DNA from: an uncultured Coxiellaceae bacterium
Lineage (GTDB): Bacteria; Pseudomonadota; Gammaproteobacteria; DSM-16500
Length of the DNA: 64,000 nt
NCBI GenBank assembly: GCA_964648015.1
Contig: CAZYKO010000004.1
Coordinates: 101,208 to 165,207, forward strand
Direction: 5' to 3'
Part shown: piece by piece, positions 19,322-29,729 of the stretch
Layout of the letters: each line of letters opens with the position of its first letter
How positions within the stretch are numbered: the first letter of the stretch is position 1
The notes under the pieces: model-generated
What the model saw: only the letters and a program-made list of their open reading frames with translations
Database searches by the model: none
What the model was told of the DNA's origin: nothing
Made by a program: the position numbers and the translations under genes

Positions 19322-20377
19322 ATGACTGAAGAAACAACCATCGAAGAAAAGCAGAACGATAGTACACCCCCCCCCTCGTCACGTAACGCAGGCACGATGA
19401 TTGCGATACTGTTGTCACTCCTGGCGTTAGTCATCACCTTAGCTGCTGCTGGTTATGGTTATATGCGTTTTATGACAGAGACGCACACCATGTCGCGGGC
19501 GATTAGCTCCCTGAAAGAAGGCGTGCTCATTCATAAAGATGTGATCACTGGGTTGCAGCAACAAGTGGGCACAATGGCCGATAAACTGGTGAACACGAAT
19601 GATTTGCAAGCGCAGCAAACACGCATGCTGGCTGAATGGCATGCTGCACAAAAAGGTGATATCAATAAATGGCATGTCGCAGAAGCGCAATATCTCTATC
19701 ATCTTGCCGATGATCAATTACAATTTACACATAATGTGCCAGTAACCATTGAAATTGTGCGTCGCGCCCAGCAAATTTTGGGTGCAATAGCCGATAATAG
19801 TGTGCTCTCATTGCGAGAAAGTGTGGCGCATGATTTGGCAAGTTTGCAAGCGCTTCCGACGGTAGATACCACTGGTATTTATCTCCGGTTGAGTGCGCTC
19901 GATCGTCAAATTGCCGAGTTGCCACTCAGCAGTCATCCCTTGCAAGCCGAAGCAGTGGCCTCATCACCTGTGTCAGCATCTACCACGTTGCCTTGGTGGA
20001 AAAAAGGCTTACAAAATACTTGGGAAAATTTGCGGCAAATTATCATTGTGCGTAAGTATGACGCATCTGAATTACCATTAGCTTTGCCTGAAGAAAAAAA
20101 TTTCTTGTATCAAAATTTACGCGCACAATTAGAGAATGCAAAATGGGGTGTCTTGCAACGTAATAACGCAGTGTATCAAGCGAGTCTCTCTACAGCGATG
20201 GCATGGATCAAACAATACATGGATCAGCAATCCACCATCACACGCGCCGTACTGCAAAATTTAGAAGAATTGCAAACCGTGACCCTGCAAACGCCTGAAG
20301 TGAATTTATCCGAGACGTTAAAACGTTTTGATCACTATTTTGCTGATAATGCGTCATCCACTCAATCTGCACGATAG
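19322..20377 (+). CDS. hemX: HemX-like membrane protein
   Basis: It lies after hemD, with a single N-terminal TM helix and a long coiled/Q-rich periplasmic part. I chose the start at ATG 19322, preceded by GAGGA. Confidence 0.7.
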   Translation: MTEETTIEEKQNDSTPPPSSRNAGTMIAILLSLLALVITLAAAGYGYMRFMTETHTMSRAISSLKEGVLIHKDVITGLQQQVGTMADKLVNTNDLQAQQTRMLAEWHAAQKGDINKWHVAEAQYLYHLADDQLQFTHNVPVTIEIVRRAQQILGAIADNSVLSLRESVAHDLASLQALPTVDTTGIYLRLSALDRQIAELPLSSHPLQAEAVASSPVSASTTLPWWKKGLQNTWENLRQIIIVRKYDASELPLALPEEKNFLYQNLRAQLENAKWGVLQRNNAVYQASLSTAMAWIKQYMDQQSTITRAVLQNLEELQTVTLQTPEVNLSETLKRFDHYFADNASSTQSAR

Positions 20378-20386
20378 GAGAATGAT

Positions 20387-21589
20387 ATGGTGCGTTTGCT
20401 CATTTGGTTAATTTTTTTAATCGCCTCAGTTTGGTTTGGTTTAGAAATCGTGCGGCATCCAGGCTATGTGTTAGTCGTCTATCAACCCTGGATGATTCAA
20501 ATGCCTTTGTGGTTTGCGTTGCTCAGTGTTTTTGTCATGCTGGGTATTTTTTATTTACTCATCAGTAGCATTGATGCTTTGCGTCTCACTTATTTCCGTT
20601 TTGAAAATTGGTTGCGCTTCAGACGTGAAAATAAATCTTATAGCAATACGCAACAAGGATTATCAGCACTGATTGAGGGAAGATGGAAACAAGCGGAGAC
20701 ATTGCTATTGGCAGGGATTACGCAAAATGTCGAGCCATTAATGAATTATTTAGGTGCGGCGAAAGCAGCGCAGTCATTAGGTGCTTTCGATAGACGCGAT
20801 CAGTATTTGCAAAAAGCCTACCGTTTAAATCCACGTGATGAATTGGCAGTGGGTTTAACCCAAGCGCAACTCAGTATGGAGCAAGAACAATATGAGCAAG
20901 CGATAGCCACATTAAATCAATTGCGACAACATTCACCACGTCAACCACGGATGTTGGTTCTGCTCGAGCGCGCGTATACCCATCTAGGTGATTGGCAAAA
21001 TTTGCTAGGTTTGTTACCTAGTTTACGCAAGGTAAATGTACTTACTTCAGAGCAGATGGCACACTTTGAAAAAAATCTTTATTCGGAATTATTAAGGTCT
21101 CATCAGTATAAAAGTGTCGAGGAATTACGTGCTGCTTGGTATGCCATGCCACGTTACATCAGAAAAAATCCAGCGGTAGTCTGCGTTTATGTAAAACAAT
21201 TGCGGGCTTGGCCTGGGACAGAAACGGAAATGGAAGAGCTTATTCGAAAAGTGTTGAAATATAGTTATGAGCCATCGTTAATCACGATCTATGGTACTCT
21301 TCCGTTCGAACAATTAAACAAACAGTTAGTGTTAGCGGGATCGTGGTTAAAAACATATGGCCAACAACCTGAATTACTCTTATTGCTAGGTAAGTTATGT
21401 GTACGAATTCAATTATGGGGTAAGGCTAAAGATTATTTTGAAAAATGTTTAGCGCAAGGACCAAATCCAGAAGCATCATTAGAGTTTGGTAATTTATTAG
21501 AAACATTGGGTGAGACAGAGGCTGCAGTACAACGATATCGCGAAGGGTTAGTACATGCGGCACAAAGCACGCCATCGATGCAAGTGTAA
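20387..21589 (+). CDS. hemY: HemY-like TPR membrane protein
   Basis: It has two N-terminal TM helices plus TPR repeats, and occupies the hemCDXY position. Confidence 0.8.
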   Translation: MVRLLIWLIFLIASVWFGLEIVRHPGYVLVVYQPWMIQMPLWFALLSVFVMLGIFYLLISSIDALRLTYFRFENWLRFRRENKSYSNTQQGLSALIEGRWKQAETLLLAGITQNVEPLMNYLGAAKAAQSLGAFDRRDQYLQKAYRLNPRDELAVGLTQAQLSMEQEQYEQAIATLNQLRQHSPRQPRMLVLLERAYTHLGDWQNLLGLLPSLRKVNVLTSEQMAHFEKNLYSELLRSHQYKSVEELRAAWYAMPRYIRKNPAVVCVYVKQLRAWPGTETEMEELIRKVLKYSYEPSLITIYGTLPFEQLNKQLVLAGSWLKTYGQQPELLLLLGKLCVRIQLWGKAKDYFEKCLAQGPNPEASLEFGNLLETLGETEAAVQRYREGLVHAAQSTPSMQV

Positions 21590-21609
21590 AGCAACCAATT
21601 GATACGAGG

Positions 21610-22125
21610 ATGATCACTATGTTTCATTTATTTGCACGTAAAAATTTAGAGAGTACGACACCTGCCAACAAAAATTTACCGCCTCTTAAAGATGCTTTGA
21701 TAGAAAAGGTGAAAAAGGAATATCTAGAACTCCCAATCTATCGTAATTTGGTGGCTTACGTTGGGCCAGGGTTGCAGCGTGCTACGGCTTACATCGAAAA
21801 ACAATTGCAACCGCATACCGGTGCAGATTGGATTTTATTTGATCAGGTTTTAGCAGATATACAGTCGGATCAAAGTGCATTGGGTAGTAGTAAAAGGCTA
21901 CGCGCAGTGTTAGCTGAAGGGTTATGTGAGCATCTTGGTATCAGCAAAGAGACGCTAGAGAGTAAAATGAGCGCGAAGCATATTCTCTCTAAAATAGGCG
22001 ATTTAGCGCAGTATCGAGATGCCGTCAAAGTGGCTGCTGCCCTCGAGTTGATTAAGCAAAAACAGCATGATGGGATTGAATTAAAAGAATTGCCACCAAC
22101 GCTCAACACTAAACCAGCGCTATAA
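21610..22125 (+). CDS. Hypothetical protein (171 aa, helical, no recognisable domain)
   Basis: This clean ORF lies 20 nt after hemY. I recognise no family signature. Confidence 0.45.
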   Translation: MITMFHLFARKNLESTTPANKNLPPLKDALIEKVKKEYLELPIYRNLVAYVGPGLQRATAYIEKQLQPHTGADWILFDQVLADIQSDQSALGSSKRLRAVLAEGLCEHLGISKETLESKMSAKHILSKIGDLAQYRDAVKVAAALELIKQKQHDGIELKELPPTLNTKPAL

Positions 22126-22217
22126 GTCCATGTCTGGGTTCCGCGCGCGGATGACAGTGGTAGGGTATTGCTTGTGGGTAGGGCTATAATTGCACCCGGA
22201 CTACACAATTCACCCTT

Positions 22218-22485
22218 CATGGAACCGTTCGCCCTTGGGCGCCTAGCGCCCGTCTCGAAGGGTGTGTCCCAGCACCTTTTGACCCGGTTGTCATTGAACC
22301 CGGGTGCCGCGCTATACGCTCCACTCAGGCTACTAAAGAAGAGGTGACATGGACCCGTTCGCCCTGAGGAGGGCGCCTAGCGCCCGTCTCGAAGGGTGTG
22401 TCCCAGCACCTTTTGACCCGGTTGTCATTGAACCCGGGTGCCGCGCTATACGCTCCACTCAGGCTACTAAAGAAGAGGTGACATG
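22218..22485. repeat. Tandem array (2 x 134 bp) containing family-A palindromic cores in inverted orientation
   Basis: The string gtctcgaagggtgtgtcccagcaccttttgacccggttgtcattgaacccgggtgccgcgctatacgctccactcaggctactaaagaagaggtgacatg occurs twice, starting at 22252 and 22386. Each copy is preceded by ccgttcgccc. Confidence 0.9.
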
Positions 22486-22605
22486 TGCCTGGCTACCTAT
22501 GTTAAAATGCCGCCCTATTTGGTCAGCATCAACCTACGCAACTGGGCGCGCGCTTATTGCGGTAGCAGACCACTAAGACATCTAGATAATAACGTGGATT
22601 AGAAC

Positions 22606-23109
22606 ATGGCAATCTTAGAAATTTTAAAATATCCGGACCCCCGATTACGTATCACCGCAGCGCCTGTGACGCAGTTTGATGCAAGTTTGCAGCAAATGGT
22701 TGCTGATATGTATGAAACGATGTACGAGCATCATGGGGTGGGCTTAGCAGCGACACAGGTCAATATTCATTATCGTATTTTCACGATGGATGTCTCTGAT
22801 AAACGCGATGAACCCTTATGTGTGATTAATCCTGAAATTGTTCATCAAGAAGGTGTGCAATATGATTACCATGGGTGTTTGTCAGTCGGTGGTAATGTCT
22901 CCGATAAATTAAAACGGGCGGCGAAATTGCGTTTGCGTGGCGTGGACGTACATGGCAAACCGTTTGAATGGGATGCTGAAGGACTTATGGCAATCTGTGT
23001 GCAGCACGAAATAGATCATTTAAATGGCAAGCTCTTTATTGATCACCTCTCGCGCATGAAACTAGATCGCATTCGTAAAAAAATCGAAAAAAATCAGAGA
23101 AGAACATAA
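22606..23109 (+). CDS. def: Peptide deformylase
   Basis: It shows GVGLAATQV, HGCLSV (EGCLS variant) and HEIDHLNG motifs. Confidence 0.95.
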   Translation: MAILEILKYPDPRLRITAAPVTQFDASLQQMVADMYETMYEHHGVGLAATQVNIHYRIFTMDVSDKRDEPLCVINPEIVHQEGVQYDYHGCLSVGGNVSDKLKRAAKLRLRGVDVHGKPFEWDAEGLMAICVQHEIDHLNGKLFIDHLSRMKLDRIRKKIEKNQRRT

Positions 23110-23111
23110 TC

Positions 23112-24089
23112 GTGGTTAACGATACCCAACATCATCATAGTGGTAGAAATGCTTTACGTGTTGTTTTTGCAGGCACGCCCGACTTTGCTTGTACCGCATT
23201 AGAATCGCTGTTGGCATCGCGTCATGAAGTGATTGCCGTGTTAACGCAGCCAGATAAACCTGCTGGCCGTGGGCTAAAAGTTAAAGCACCTGAAGTAAAA
23301 GCATTGGCGCAACAATATCGTTTACCTATTTATCAGCCATCCTCCTTGAAAGATACGACCATCCTGGAAGTCTTGCAACAATTGCAGCCCGATGTGATGG
23401 TGGTGGCGGCATACGGTTTACTCATTCCTGCCAACATTCTTGCATTACCACGTTTGGGATGTGTCAATATCCATCCCTCATTACTGCCACGCTGGCGTGG
23501 CGCCGCACCGATACAACGCACCATTTTTGCGGGCGATCGCATTACGGGCGTCACCATTATGCAAATGGATTTAGGCTTAGATACCGGCCCCATATTATTG
23601 CAACAACGATATGTGATGGATCCTGATGAAACAGCGCAAACGCTACATGATGCACTGGCGACATTAGGCGCGAGTGCTTTAGTGGAAGCTTTAGATTTAC
23701 TAGCGGAAAATAAGTTGCAACCGCGTGCGCAAAACAATGATGAAACAACTTACGCGCAAAAAATTACTAAAGAAGAAGCGTTAATCGATTGGCGCCAACC
23801 AGCAATCGACATTGAACACACTATTCGCGCGTTCAATCCTTGGCCGGTCGCCTATACCTCATGGCAGGGTCAGCATTTACGCGTCTGGCATGGTAAGGCG
23901 ATCCCTGAGCCACACCAAGCGACACCGCGCACCATTATTCATGCCTCACGCGAAGGCATTGATATTGCGACAGGCGATGGTTTGTTGCGATTACTATCCG
24001 TGCAATTACCCGGTGGCAAAGTCTTATCAGTCAGCGATTTTTATAATGCAAAACATCATGAGCTCATCCTCGGTGAACACTTCATCTAA
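23112..24089 (+). CDS. fmt: Methionyl-tRNA formyltransferase
   Basis: It shows VVFAGTPDFA, VLTQPDKPAGRG and NIHPSLLPRWRGAAPIQR motifs, and keeps the def-fmt order. Confidence 0.95.
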   Translation: MVNDTQHHHSGRNALRVVFAGTPDFACTALESLLASRHEVIAVLTQPDKPAGRGLKVKAPEVKALAQQYRLPIYQPSSLKDTTILEVLQQLQPDVMVVAAYGLLIPANILALPRLGCVNIHPSLLPRWRGAAPIQRTIFAGDRITGVTIMQMDLGLDTGPILLQQRYVMDPDETAQTLHDALATLGASALVEALDLLAENKLQPRAQNNDETTYAQKITKEEALIDWRQPAIDIEHTIRAFNPWPVAYTSWQGQHLRVWHGKAIPEPHQATPRTIIHASREGIDIATGDGLLRLLSVQLPGGKVLSVSDFYNAKHHELILGEHFI

Positions 24090-25386
24090 TTTACGCTACA
24101 TTGCCGCACAAGTGATCATGGCAGTAACAGAAGGCCGATCACTTGCGGATTGCTTAGAACCCGCATTACAGCCACTCAACGATCCGCGCGATAGGGCTTT
24201 TGTACAAGCACTTTGTTATGGTGTGTGTCGATTTTATTATCGTATCGATGCGGTGCTCGCAGCATTACTCTCTAAACCCATGAAAGCCAAAGATGTGGAC
24301 GTGCATGCATTGCTGTGCGTGGGACTTTATCAGCTCATGATGATGCGTGTGCCACCTCATGCCGCAGTCACTGAAACTGTCAATGCCGTCGCGGCACTCA
24401 ACAAACCTTGGGCGCGCGGTTTAGTGAATGCCATTTTACGTGCTTATTTACGTGAGGCTGAGCGTTTGATGTCAGCATTTGATGGGGATTTGGAAGCGAC
24501 GTACGCCCATCCTGATTGGTGGATCGGCAAGCTGCAGCGTGACTGGCCAGATGATTGGCAGCACATATTGGAAGCGAACAATGCGCATCCACCCATGTCA
24601 TTGCGCGTGAACGCGCGTCTTGTGACACGTGAAGCATATTTAGCGCAACTGCCTGACGCGACGCCTATACCCGAAACGAATACAGGTATCATCTTGTCTA
24701 CACCGTCACCCGTGGAAGCGTTGCCGGGGTTTGCTGATGGCGTGGTGTCGGTACAAGACGGTGCGGCACAGCTGGCGACATCTTTGTTAAATCTAGCGCC
24801 GGGACAACGTGTACTCGATGCCTGTGCCGCCCCTGGCGGTAAACTGACGCACATCCTCGAAGTGATGCCTGATGTAAGTGCTATTGTTGCGGTAGAGAAA
24901 GATCGTGAACGTTTGGCGAGTATTCAAGAAAATCTGCAGCGTTTAAACATGAACGCGGTTTGCATCCATGCGGATGCAGGTGATGTCACGCAGTGGTGGG
25001 ATGGTCAATTGTTCGATCGTATTCTCTTAGATGCACCTTGTTCAGCGAGTGGTGTCGTGCGTCGGCATCCAGATATCAAATTATTACGACAACCCACCGA
25101 TTTAAAAGCGCTGGTGAAAGAACAACGTTATCTATTAGAAAAACTCTGGCCGTTATTGCAACCCGGTGGCGTATTAGTCTATGCCACCTGCTCAGTCTTT
25201 AGTGAAGAGAATGTGGGTGTGCTTTCTGCTTTCTTGGCTGAGCATCGTGATGCGCTGGAAAACAAGATCGACGCTACTTGGGGTTTAGCTTGTGCGATTG
25301 GCCGACAAATTTTACCTGGCATGCATGGGATGGATGGTTTTTATTATGCGGTGCTCCAAAAGCGTGGTTCATCTGTCTCATCATAA
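24046..25386 (+). CDS. rsmB: 16S rRNA (cytosine967-C5)-methyltransferase
   Basis: It has a NusB-like N-terminal domain plus a SAM methyltransferase domain (DACAAPGGK, DAPCSASGVVRRHPD, ATCS). I set the start at ATG 24046 or 24058. The ORF-track start at 23812 lies inside fmt. Confidence 0.9.
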   Translation: MQNIMSSSSVNTSSNLRYIAAQVIMAVTEGRSLADCLEPALQPLNDPRDRAFVQALCYGVCRFYYRIDAVLAALLSKPMKAKDVDVHALLCVGLYQLMMMRVPPHAAVTETVNAVAALNKPWARGLVNAILRAYLREAERLMSAFDGDLEATYAHPDWWIGKLQRDWPDDWQHILEANNAHPPMSLRVNARLVTREAYLAQLPDATPIPETNTGIILSTPSPVEALPGFADGVVSVQDGAAQLATSLLNLAPGQRVLDACAAPGGKLTHILEVMPDVSAIVAVEKDRERLASIQENLQRLNMNAVCIHADAGDVTQWWDGQLFDRILLDAPCSASGVVRRHPDIKLLRQPTDLKALVKEQRYLLEKLWPLLQPGGVLVYATCSVFSEENVGVLSAFLAEHRDALENKIDATWGLACAIGRQILPGMHGMDGFYYAVLQKRGSSVSS

Positions 25387-25508
25387 AAACGCTTTGTGAC
25401 AGGTTGTTTAAAATCTCGCATCTTGAAGTGTAATCGGTATAATCGAAGGGAGCATGATGAGATGAAGTGTCGTCATGCCATCGTAGCCACAAAGGATCAA
25501 ACAACGCC

Positions 25509-26573
25509 ATGCGTATTGAATATGATGTCAAATTAGATTTTAGCGATGTGTTGATTAGACCTAAACGTAGCGTGTTAAATTCGCGCGCAGAAGTTTCTTT
25601 GGTTCGTGAATTTAAATTCAAATATACCACTTCTACATGGCAAGGCATTCCAATCATTGCAGCCAATATGGATCACACTGGCACCTTTGCCATGGCCAAT
25701 GCGCTGCTGCAACACAAATTACTTACCGCACTCGACAAATTTATTGATATTGAAGCTTGGCAGCAATTTGTCAAAGAAACGCCGGCTGCTGCTCAGGCGA
25801 GTTTTGTATCGGTAGGCACTACCGAGAATGATATTGCACGTCTCAAACAAATTATGGCACTCGCGGATTTTCCTTTTATCTGCTTAGATGTGGCGAATGG
25901 TTATACGGAACGTTTCGTCGCCTGTATTGAAGAATTACGCGATGCTTATCCCGAAAAAGTTATTATGGCGGGCAACGTAGTGACGGGTGAGATGGTGGAA
26001 GAGTTAATCCTTTCGGGTGCTGATGTCGTGAAGATTGGTATTGGCCCAGGTTCCGTTTGCACCACGCGCGAGAAAACCGGCGTAGGCTATCCGCAATTAT
26101 CTGCAATTATCGAGTGTGCCGATGCGGCGCATGGCTTAGGTGGGTTGGTATGTGCTGATGGTGGTTGTGCGACACCTGGTGATGTTGCTAAAGCATTTGC
26201 TGCTGGTGCTGATTTTGTGATGTTAGGCGGGATGCTTGCCGGCCATGATGAATGCTTAGGTGAAGTGATTGAAACACACGGTAAAAAATACAAACGTTTT
26301 TATGGTATGAGTTCATTAGAAGCGATGGAACGGCATCATGGATCGATCGCTGATTATCGAGCTAGCGAAGGGCGCTCAGTGAATGTACCCTATCGCGGTG
26401 CGGTTAAAAATACCATCTTAGATATTTTAGGTGGTCTGCGTTCTACTTGTACCTATGTGGGTGCTTCTCGCTTGAAAGAATTATCCAAGCGAACGACATT
26501 TATTCGTGTTGCGCAACAAATGAATGAAGTCTATAGGCGCTATGAAGTTGAAAAGCATCGTGAAGGCGTGTAA
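25509..26573 (+). CDS. guaC: GMP reductase
   Basis: The sequence [21 protein letters not shown] aligns with the E. coli GuaC N-terminus. The GPGSVCTTR catalytic loop is present. Confidence 0.9.
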   Translation: MRIEYDVKLDFSDVLIRPKRSVLNSRAEVSLVREFKFKYTTSTWQGIPIIAANMDHTGTFAMANALLQHKLLTALDKFIDIEAWQQFVKETPAAAQASFVSVGTTENDIARLKQIMALADFPFICLDVANGYTERFVACIEELRDAYPEKVIMAGNVVTGEMVEELILSGADVVKIGIGPGSVCTTREKTGVGYPQLSAIIECADAAHGLGGLVCADGGCATPGDVAKAFAAGADFVMLGGMLAGHDECLGEVIETHGKKYKRFYGMSSLEAMERHHGSIADYRASEGRSVNVPYRGAVKNTILDILGGLRSTCTYVGASRLKELSKRTTFIRVAQQMNEVYRRYEVEKHREGV

Positions 26574-26618
26574 TCACGTCATGGTGATAGACCAACAAGC
26601 TGAAAGGAGTTTGGGTTC

Positions 26619-27149
26619 ATGTATAAAAAATTTTTACTAACATTTATCTCATCATTTTTACTCAGTGGTTCTTTGTACGCGAATGAAGCGGCGCCCTATG
26701 TGGGTGGTAGCTTGGGTGTGACCACCAATACCAGTGCCTATGGTAATTTCCGTGGCATACCCTTCACCATTTTTGCCGGCTATAACGCTATCTTTTACGA
26801 TTGCTTTTATATCGCTGGCGAATTATTTGGTGTGTTGGGAACGGCAGAGTTTTCTAATCATCACTTAAAATCCTCTTACGGTTATGGCGCAAGCATTCTT
26901 CCGGGTTTAGTCTTAATTGACCATACCGTCTTATTTATGCGTGTGGGTGTCGTGGGGTCGCGTTTTGTCTCTAGCGATACCAAAACAGGGGGCCAAGTGG
27001 GTCTTGGGATGCAAACCAGTCTCACCCAAAGTATTGATTTACGCGGTGAGTACGATTTCAGTGCATTCGGTCAATTTAGAAAAAATGGTGCGTCTAATAA
27101 TCCCCGTACAGATACGTTTAACGTGAGTATCATTTACAACTTTGATTAA
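26619..27149 (+). CDS. Small outer-membrane beta-barrel protein (OMP_b-brl/opacity-like)
   Basis: It has a signal peptide, alternating hydrophobic beta-strand patterning with Gly/aromatic girdles, and an aromatic-rich C-terminus (IIYNFD). Confidence 0.6.
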   Translation: MYKKFLLTFISSFLLSGSLYANEAAPYVGGSLGVTTNTSAYGNFRGIPFTIFAGYNAIFYDCFYIAGELFGVLGTAEFSNHHLKSSYGYGASILPGLVLIDHTVLFMRVGVVGSRFVSSDTKTGGQVGLGMQTSLTQSIDLRGEYDFSAFGQFRKNGASNNPRTDTFNVSIIYNFD

Positions 27150-27155
27150 TCAAGC

Positions 27156-27189
27156 GGGTGGTTATGGGCATGATGTGCCCTATCCACCC
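27156..27189 (+). terminator. GC-rich stem-loop after the OMP gene (possible terminator, no U-tract)
   Basis: The arms gggtgg...ccaccc enclose an inner tgggca/tgccc pairing. No T-run follows. Confidence 0.25.
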
Positions 27190-27259
27190 AGCAAAACAAC
27201 CCAATCTTTAGCATCTTCAAGCCAGCAATAATAATTTTTTCTGTCGAATGAGATAAACT

Positions 27260-27811
27260 ATGCCTTTTATAATCCTGGATCGCGATGGGGTGATTAATTA
27301 TGACTCAGATGCGTATATAAAATCTCCAGAAGAATGGGAGCCCATTCCAGGGAGTTTGGAGGCCATTGCGCGTTTAAATCAACATCAGTACCAAGTGCTG
27401 GTGGCGACGAATCAGTCGGGTGTGGCACGTGGCTATTATTCATTACAAACACTGGCGCAAATCCATCAAAAGTTTCATGGTGCATTGGCTAGTGTCGGTG
27501 GTCGTGTTGATGAGATTTACTATTGTCCTCACCATCCCAACGAAGGATGTTTGTGCCGTAAACCCAACACCGGCATGTTTATGCAAATGCAAGCGAGATA
27601 TGCGCTCGATTTTAGTCAAACATTTTATGTGGGTGATTCCTATACCGATGTGTTGGTCGCTCGACACGTGGGTTGCACGCCGGTGCTCGTGTTGACGGGT
27701 AAGGGCTTACGTACGCTTGAAGCACATCCAGAATTAGAGCAGACACTTAGATTTAACGATTTAGCTGAGGCAGCCAATTATGTCATTACAACATCGCAAC
27801 ACACTGAGTAG
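27260..27811 (+). CDS. gmhB: D-glycero-beta-D-manno-heptose-1,7-bisphosphate 7-phosphatase
   Basis: It has the HAD motif ILDRDGVIN, TNQSGVARG and the zinc-binding C-x-H...C-x-C-RKP segment (YYCPHHPNEGCLCRKP). Confidence 0.85.
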   Translation: MPFIILDRDGVINYDSDAYIKSPEEWEPIPGSLEAIARLNQHQYQVLVATNQSGVARGYYSLQTLAQIHQKFHGALASVGGRVDEIYYCPHHPNEGCLCRKPNTGMFMQMQARYALDFSQTFYVGDSYTDVLVARHVGCTPVLVLTGKGLRTLEAHPELEQTLRFNDLAEAANYVITTSQHTE

Positions 27812-28538
27812 CAAAATATGGGCCACCCTCAATTTATGGGTGCGTTCCTCAATTTTTGCTGTGTTTTCGCTCACCGGTGTCATCGTCTGGAGTACCGTCA
27901 TTATCTTCTCTTGGGTGTTACCATTGCGCACCCGCCATTTACTCGTACGTAGCTATCTCAAATTCTATCTTGATGTGTTGAAATGGCTTTGCCATGTGGA
28001 TTATCAAGTGAGTGGATTAGAAAACATTCCTAAAGATCGCGTGGGTGTGGTGTTATCTAAACATCAATCTGCCTGGGAAACTTTCTTTTTGCCCACGGTG
28101 TTTCACGCCCCCGCCGTCATTTTGAAACGTGAGCTTTATTGGGTGCCGTTTTTTGGTTTGGCGCTTGCAGCGAGTGATCCTATTGCGATCAATCGTAAAA
28201 ACAAAACTTCTGCTATGCAGCAAGTCATTAAAAAGGGTGCGACTCGACTAGCAGCGGGTCGCTGGGTCCTCGTCTTTCCTGAAGGTACTCGTATTCCCTA
28301 CGGGAAAGTGGGTCATTACAAATTGGGTGGGGCTCGATTGGCTGTGGCGACAGGTTATCCAGTGATACCGGTGGCGCACAACGCAGGCAAATATTGGCCC
28401 AAGAAAAGTTTTCTAAAATATCCTGGTACCGTGCGTGTGGTGATTGGACCGATGATGGAGACTAAAGATCGTACGCCTGAAGAGGTGATGGCTGAAGTAC
28501 AAGCGTGGATAGAGGGCCAAATTCAACGCATGGATTGA
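27780..28538 (+). CDS. plsC: 1-acyl-sn-glycerol-3-phosphate acyltransferase
   Basis: It has an N-terminal TM helix, the acyltransferase block SKHQSAWE (H-x4-D/E) and FPEGTR. Confidence 0.85.
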   Translation: MSLQHRNTLSSKIWATLNLWVRSSIFAVFSLTGVIVWSTVIIFSWVLPLRTRHLLVRSYLKFYLDVLKWLCHVDYQVSGLENIPKDRVGVVLSKHQSAWETFFLPTVFHAPAVILKRELYWVPFFGLALAASDPIAINRKNKTSAMQQVIKKGATRLAAGRWVLVFPEGTRIPYGKVGHYKLGGARLAVATGYPVIPVAHNAGKYWPKKSFLKYPGTVRVVIGPMMETKDRTPEEVMAEVQAWIEGQIQRMD

Positions 28539-28546
28539 TTTATGCA

Positions 28547-28691
28547 CCCTTCGAGCCCCTCGAGACGACCGCTAGGCGGTCTCGGGGCGAACGGTTTTGT
28601 GTAGCCTGGGTGTAGTGCGAAGCACGGAACCCGGGATCAACGTAACCCGGGATAAAAGCCGGGCACGGGAACGGGCACGAAAAAGACGGCG
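28547..28691. repeat. Composite intergenic repeat cluster (family-A core plus family-B gggcacg modules)
   Basis: The segment cccttcgagcccctcgagacgaccgctaggcggtctcggggcgaacgg is followed by ...gccgggcacgggaacgggcacgaaaaag. The latter is related in inverted form to 47917-47950. Confidence 0.75.
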
Positions 28692-28700
28692 ATGTGCTCA

Positions 28701-29645
28701 TTACACCGGTACTCGGTCTCGCATGTCTCTATGATTTTGCGCTTCGTCGATGAAGCCGCCCGTCACGATTGTATCTTCCATACATTGATAGCGATGTTTG
28801 ATACAGCCAGAGATAGGCGTGTTGGGCGCAATAATTTTTTTGAGCACCGCATATGGCACAATGATGGTTTGTGTGCCTTGCGCATGTGCGGCGACTTGAC
28901 GTGAATCAAAGGTGATCAATATCCCGCGTGGCTTTAAATTCCAGATATCGAAGTTGACAGGGATGGGGGATGTGCCATTTAACACCACATCCTGGCTCGC
29001 ATTGCCGCGTAAGAGTGTATGACGTGCAAAATGGGAGAGGGTAAATAAGTAATTACTATCCGGTTTAAACAAATCCTGGAGTTCGATTTTTTGGTCATTT
29101 TCTAAATCGTAGTTCAGGGAACGGTGATAATGGTATTGATAAGTGCCGCTGATAGAGGCTTGCATGCTGAAACGGATGCTCAGAATGTGTGATTTCCCTG
29201 ATCGAATGACAGAGGCATCATAATCGATATATAAACGATTTTTAGCTTCACCACTGCCGCCCTTATTTTTGACTTCATTTTTAAAAGCGTTCATTTCTTC
29301 TTGTACGATCATCGTCACTAATTGATTGAAATTGGAGAGACCATCCTTGCCGGCGATTTTGTCATATTCGGTGTAGATGTCATCGATGGTATTAGGTCCC
29401 CTGGCTTCGGTTTCCTGTGGTGGTTCGCTATTGAGGTTATTTAACTGTGGGTAGACGGATTTGACCATGATTTTGGGTTTGTCATAATCAAATTTGATCG
29501 TTGAGACCATTTCTAAATCTTTGCCGATTTTAAACGCTTGTCGGTCTTCTTTGCGATCATCATCATTATCATCGGCATGAGCGATGTTGACCCCAGCGAG
29601 CAAACTGATGACACATAACAATAAGAGGCGTTTAATCCATTTCAT
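28701..29645 (-). CDS. Secreted DUF3298/DUF4163-like (RsiV-fold-like) protein
   Basis: I chose the signal peptide MKWIKRLLLLCVISLLAGVNIAHA as the start (29645). The C-terminal pattern ...ILSIRF...YHYHRSLNYDLENDQKIELQDLF recalls DUF3298 (recollection only). Confidence 0.45.
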   Translation of the reverse strand: MKWIKRLLLLCVISLLAGVNIAHADDNDDDRKEDRQAFKIGKDLEMVSTIKFDYDKPKIMVKSVYPQLNNLNSEPPQETEARGPNTIDDIYTEYDKIAGKDGLSNFNQLVTMIVQEEMNAFKNEVKNKGGSGEAKNRLYIDYDASVIRSGKSHILSIRFSMQASISGTYQYHYHRSLNYDLENDQKIELQDLFKPDSNYLFTLSHFARHTLLRGNASQDVVLNGTSPIPVNFDIWNLKPRGILITFDSRQVAAHAQGTQTIIVPYAVLKKIIAPNTPISGCIKHRYQCMEDTIVTGGFIDEAQNHRDMRDRVPV

Positions 29646-29729
29646 GATATAGTCCTTCATGCATTTTGACTTGCTTGCATCCATCATAGAGTTACTATAC
29701 CAACAATAGATTGGGTTCTCACAAGAAAT

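Noticed and set aside
22349-22576. 75-aa ORF upstream of def
   Set aside because: It is encoded by the second 134-bp repeat unit. An equivalent frame in the first unit is broken, which is typical of a spurious repeat ORF.
23812-24045. N-terminal 78-codon extension of the rsmB ORF given by the ORF track
   Set aside because: This part overlaps the 3' end of fmt in another frame and has no RsmB similarity. RsmB homology (NusB-like domain) begins after the ATG at 24046/24058.
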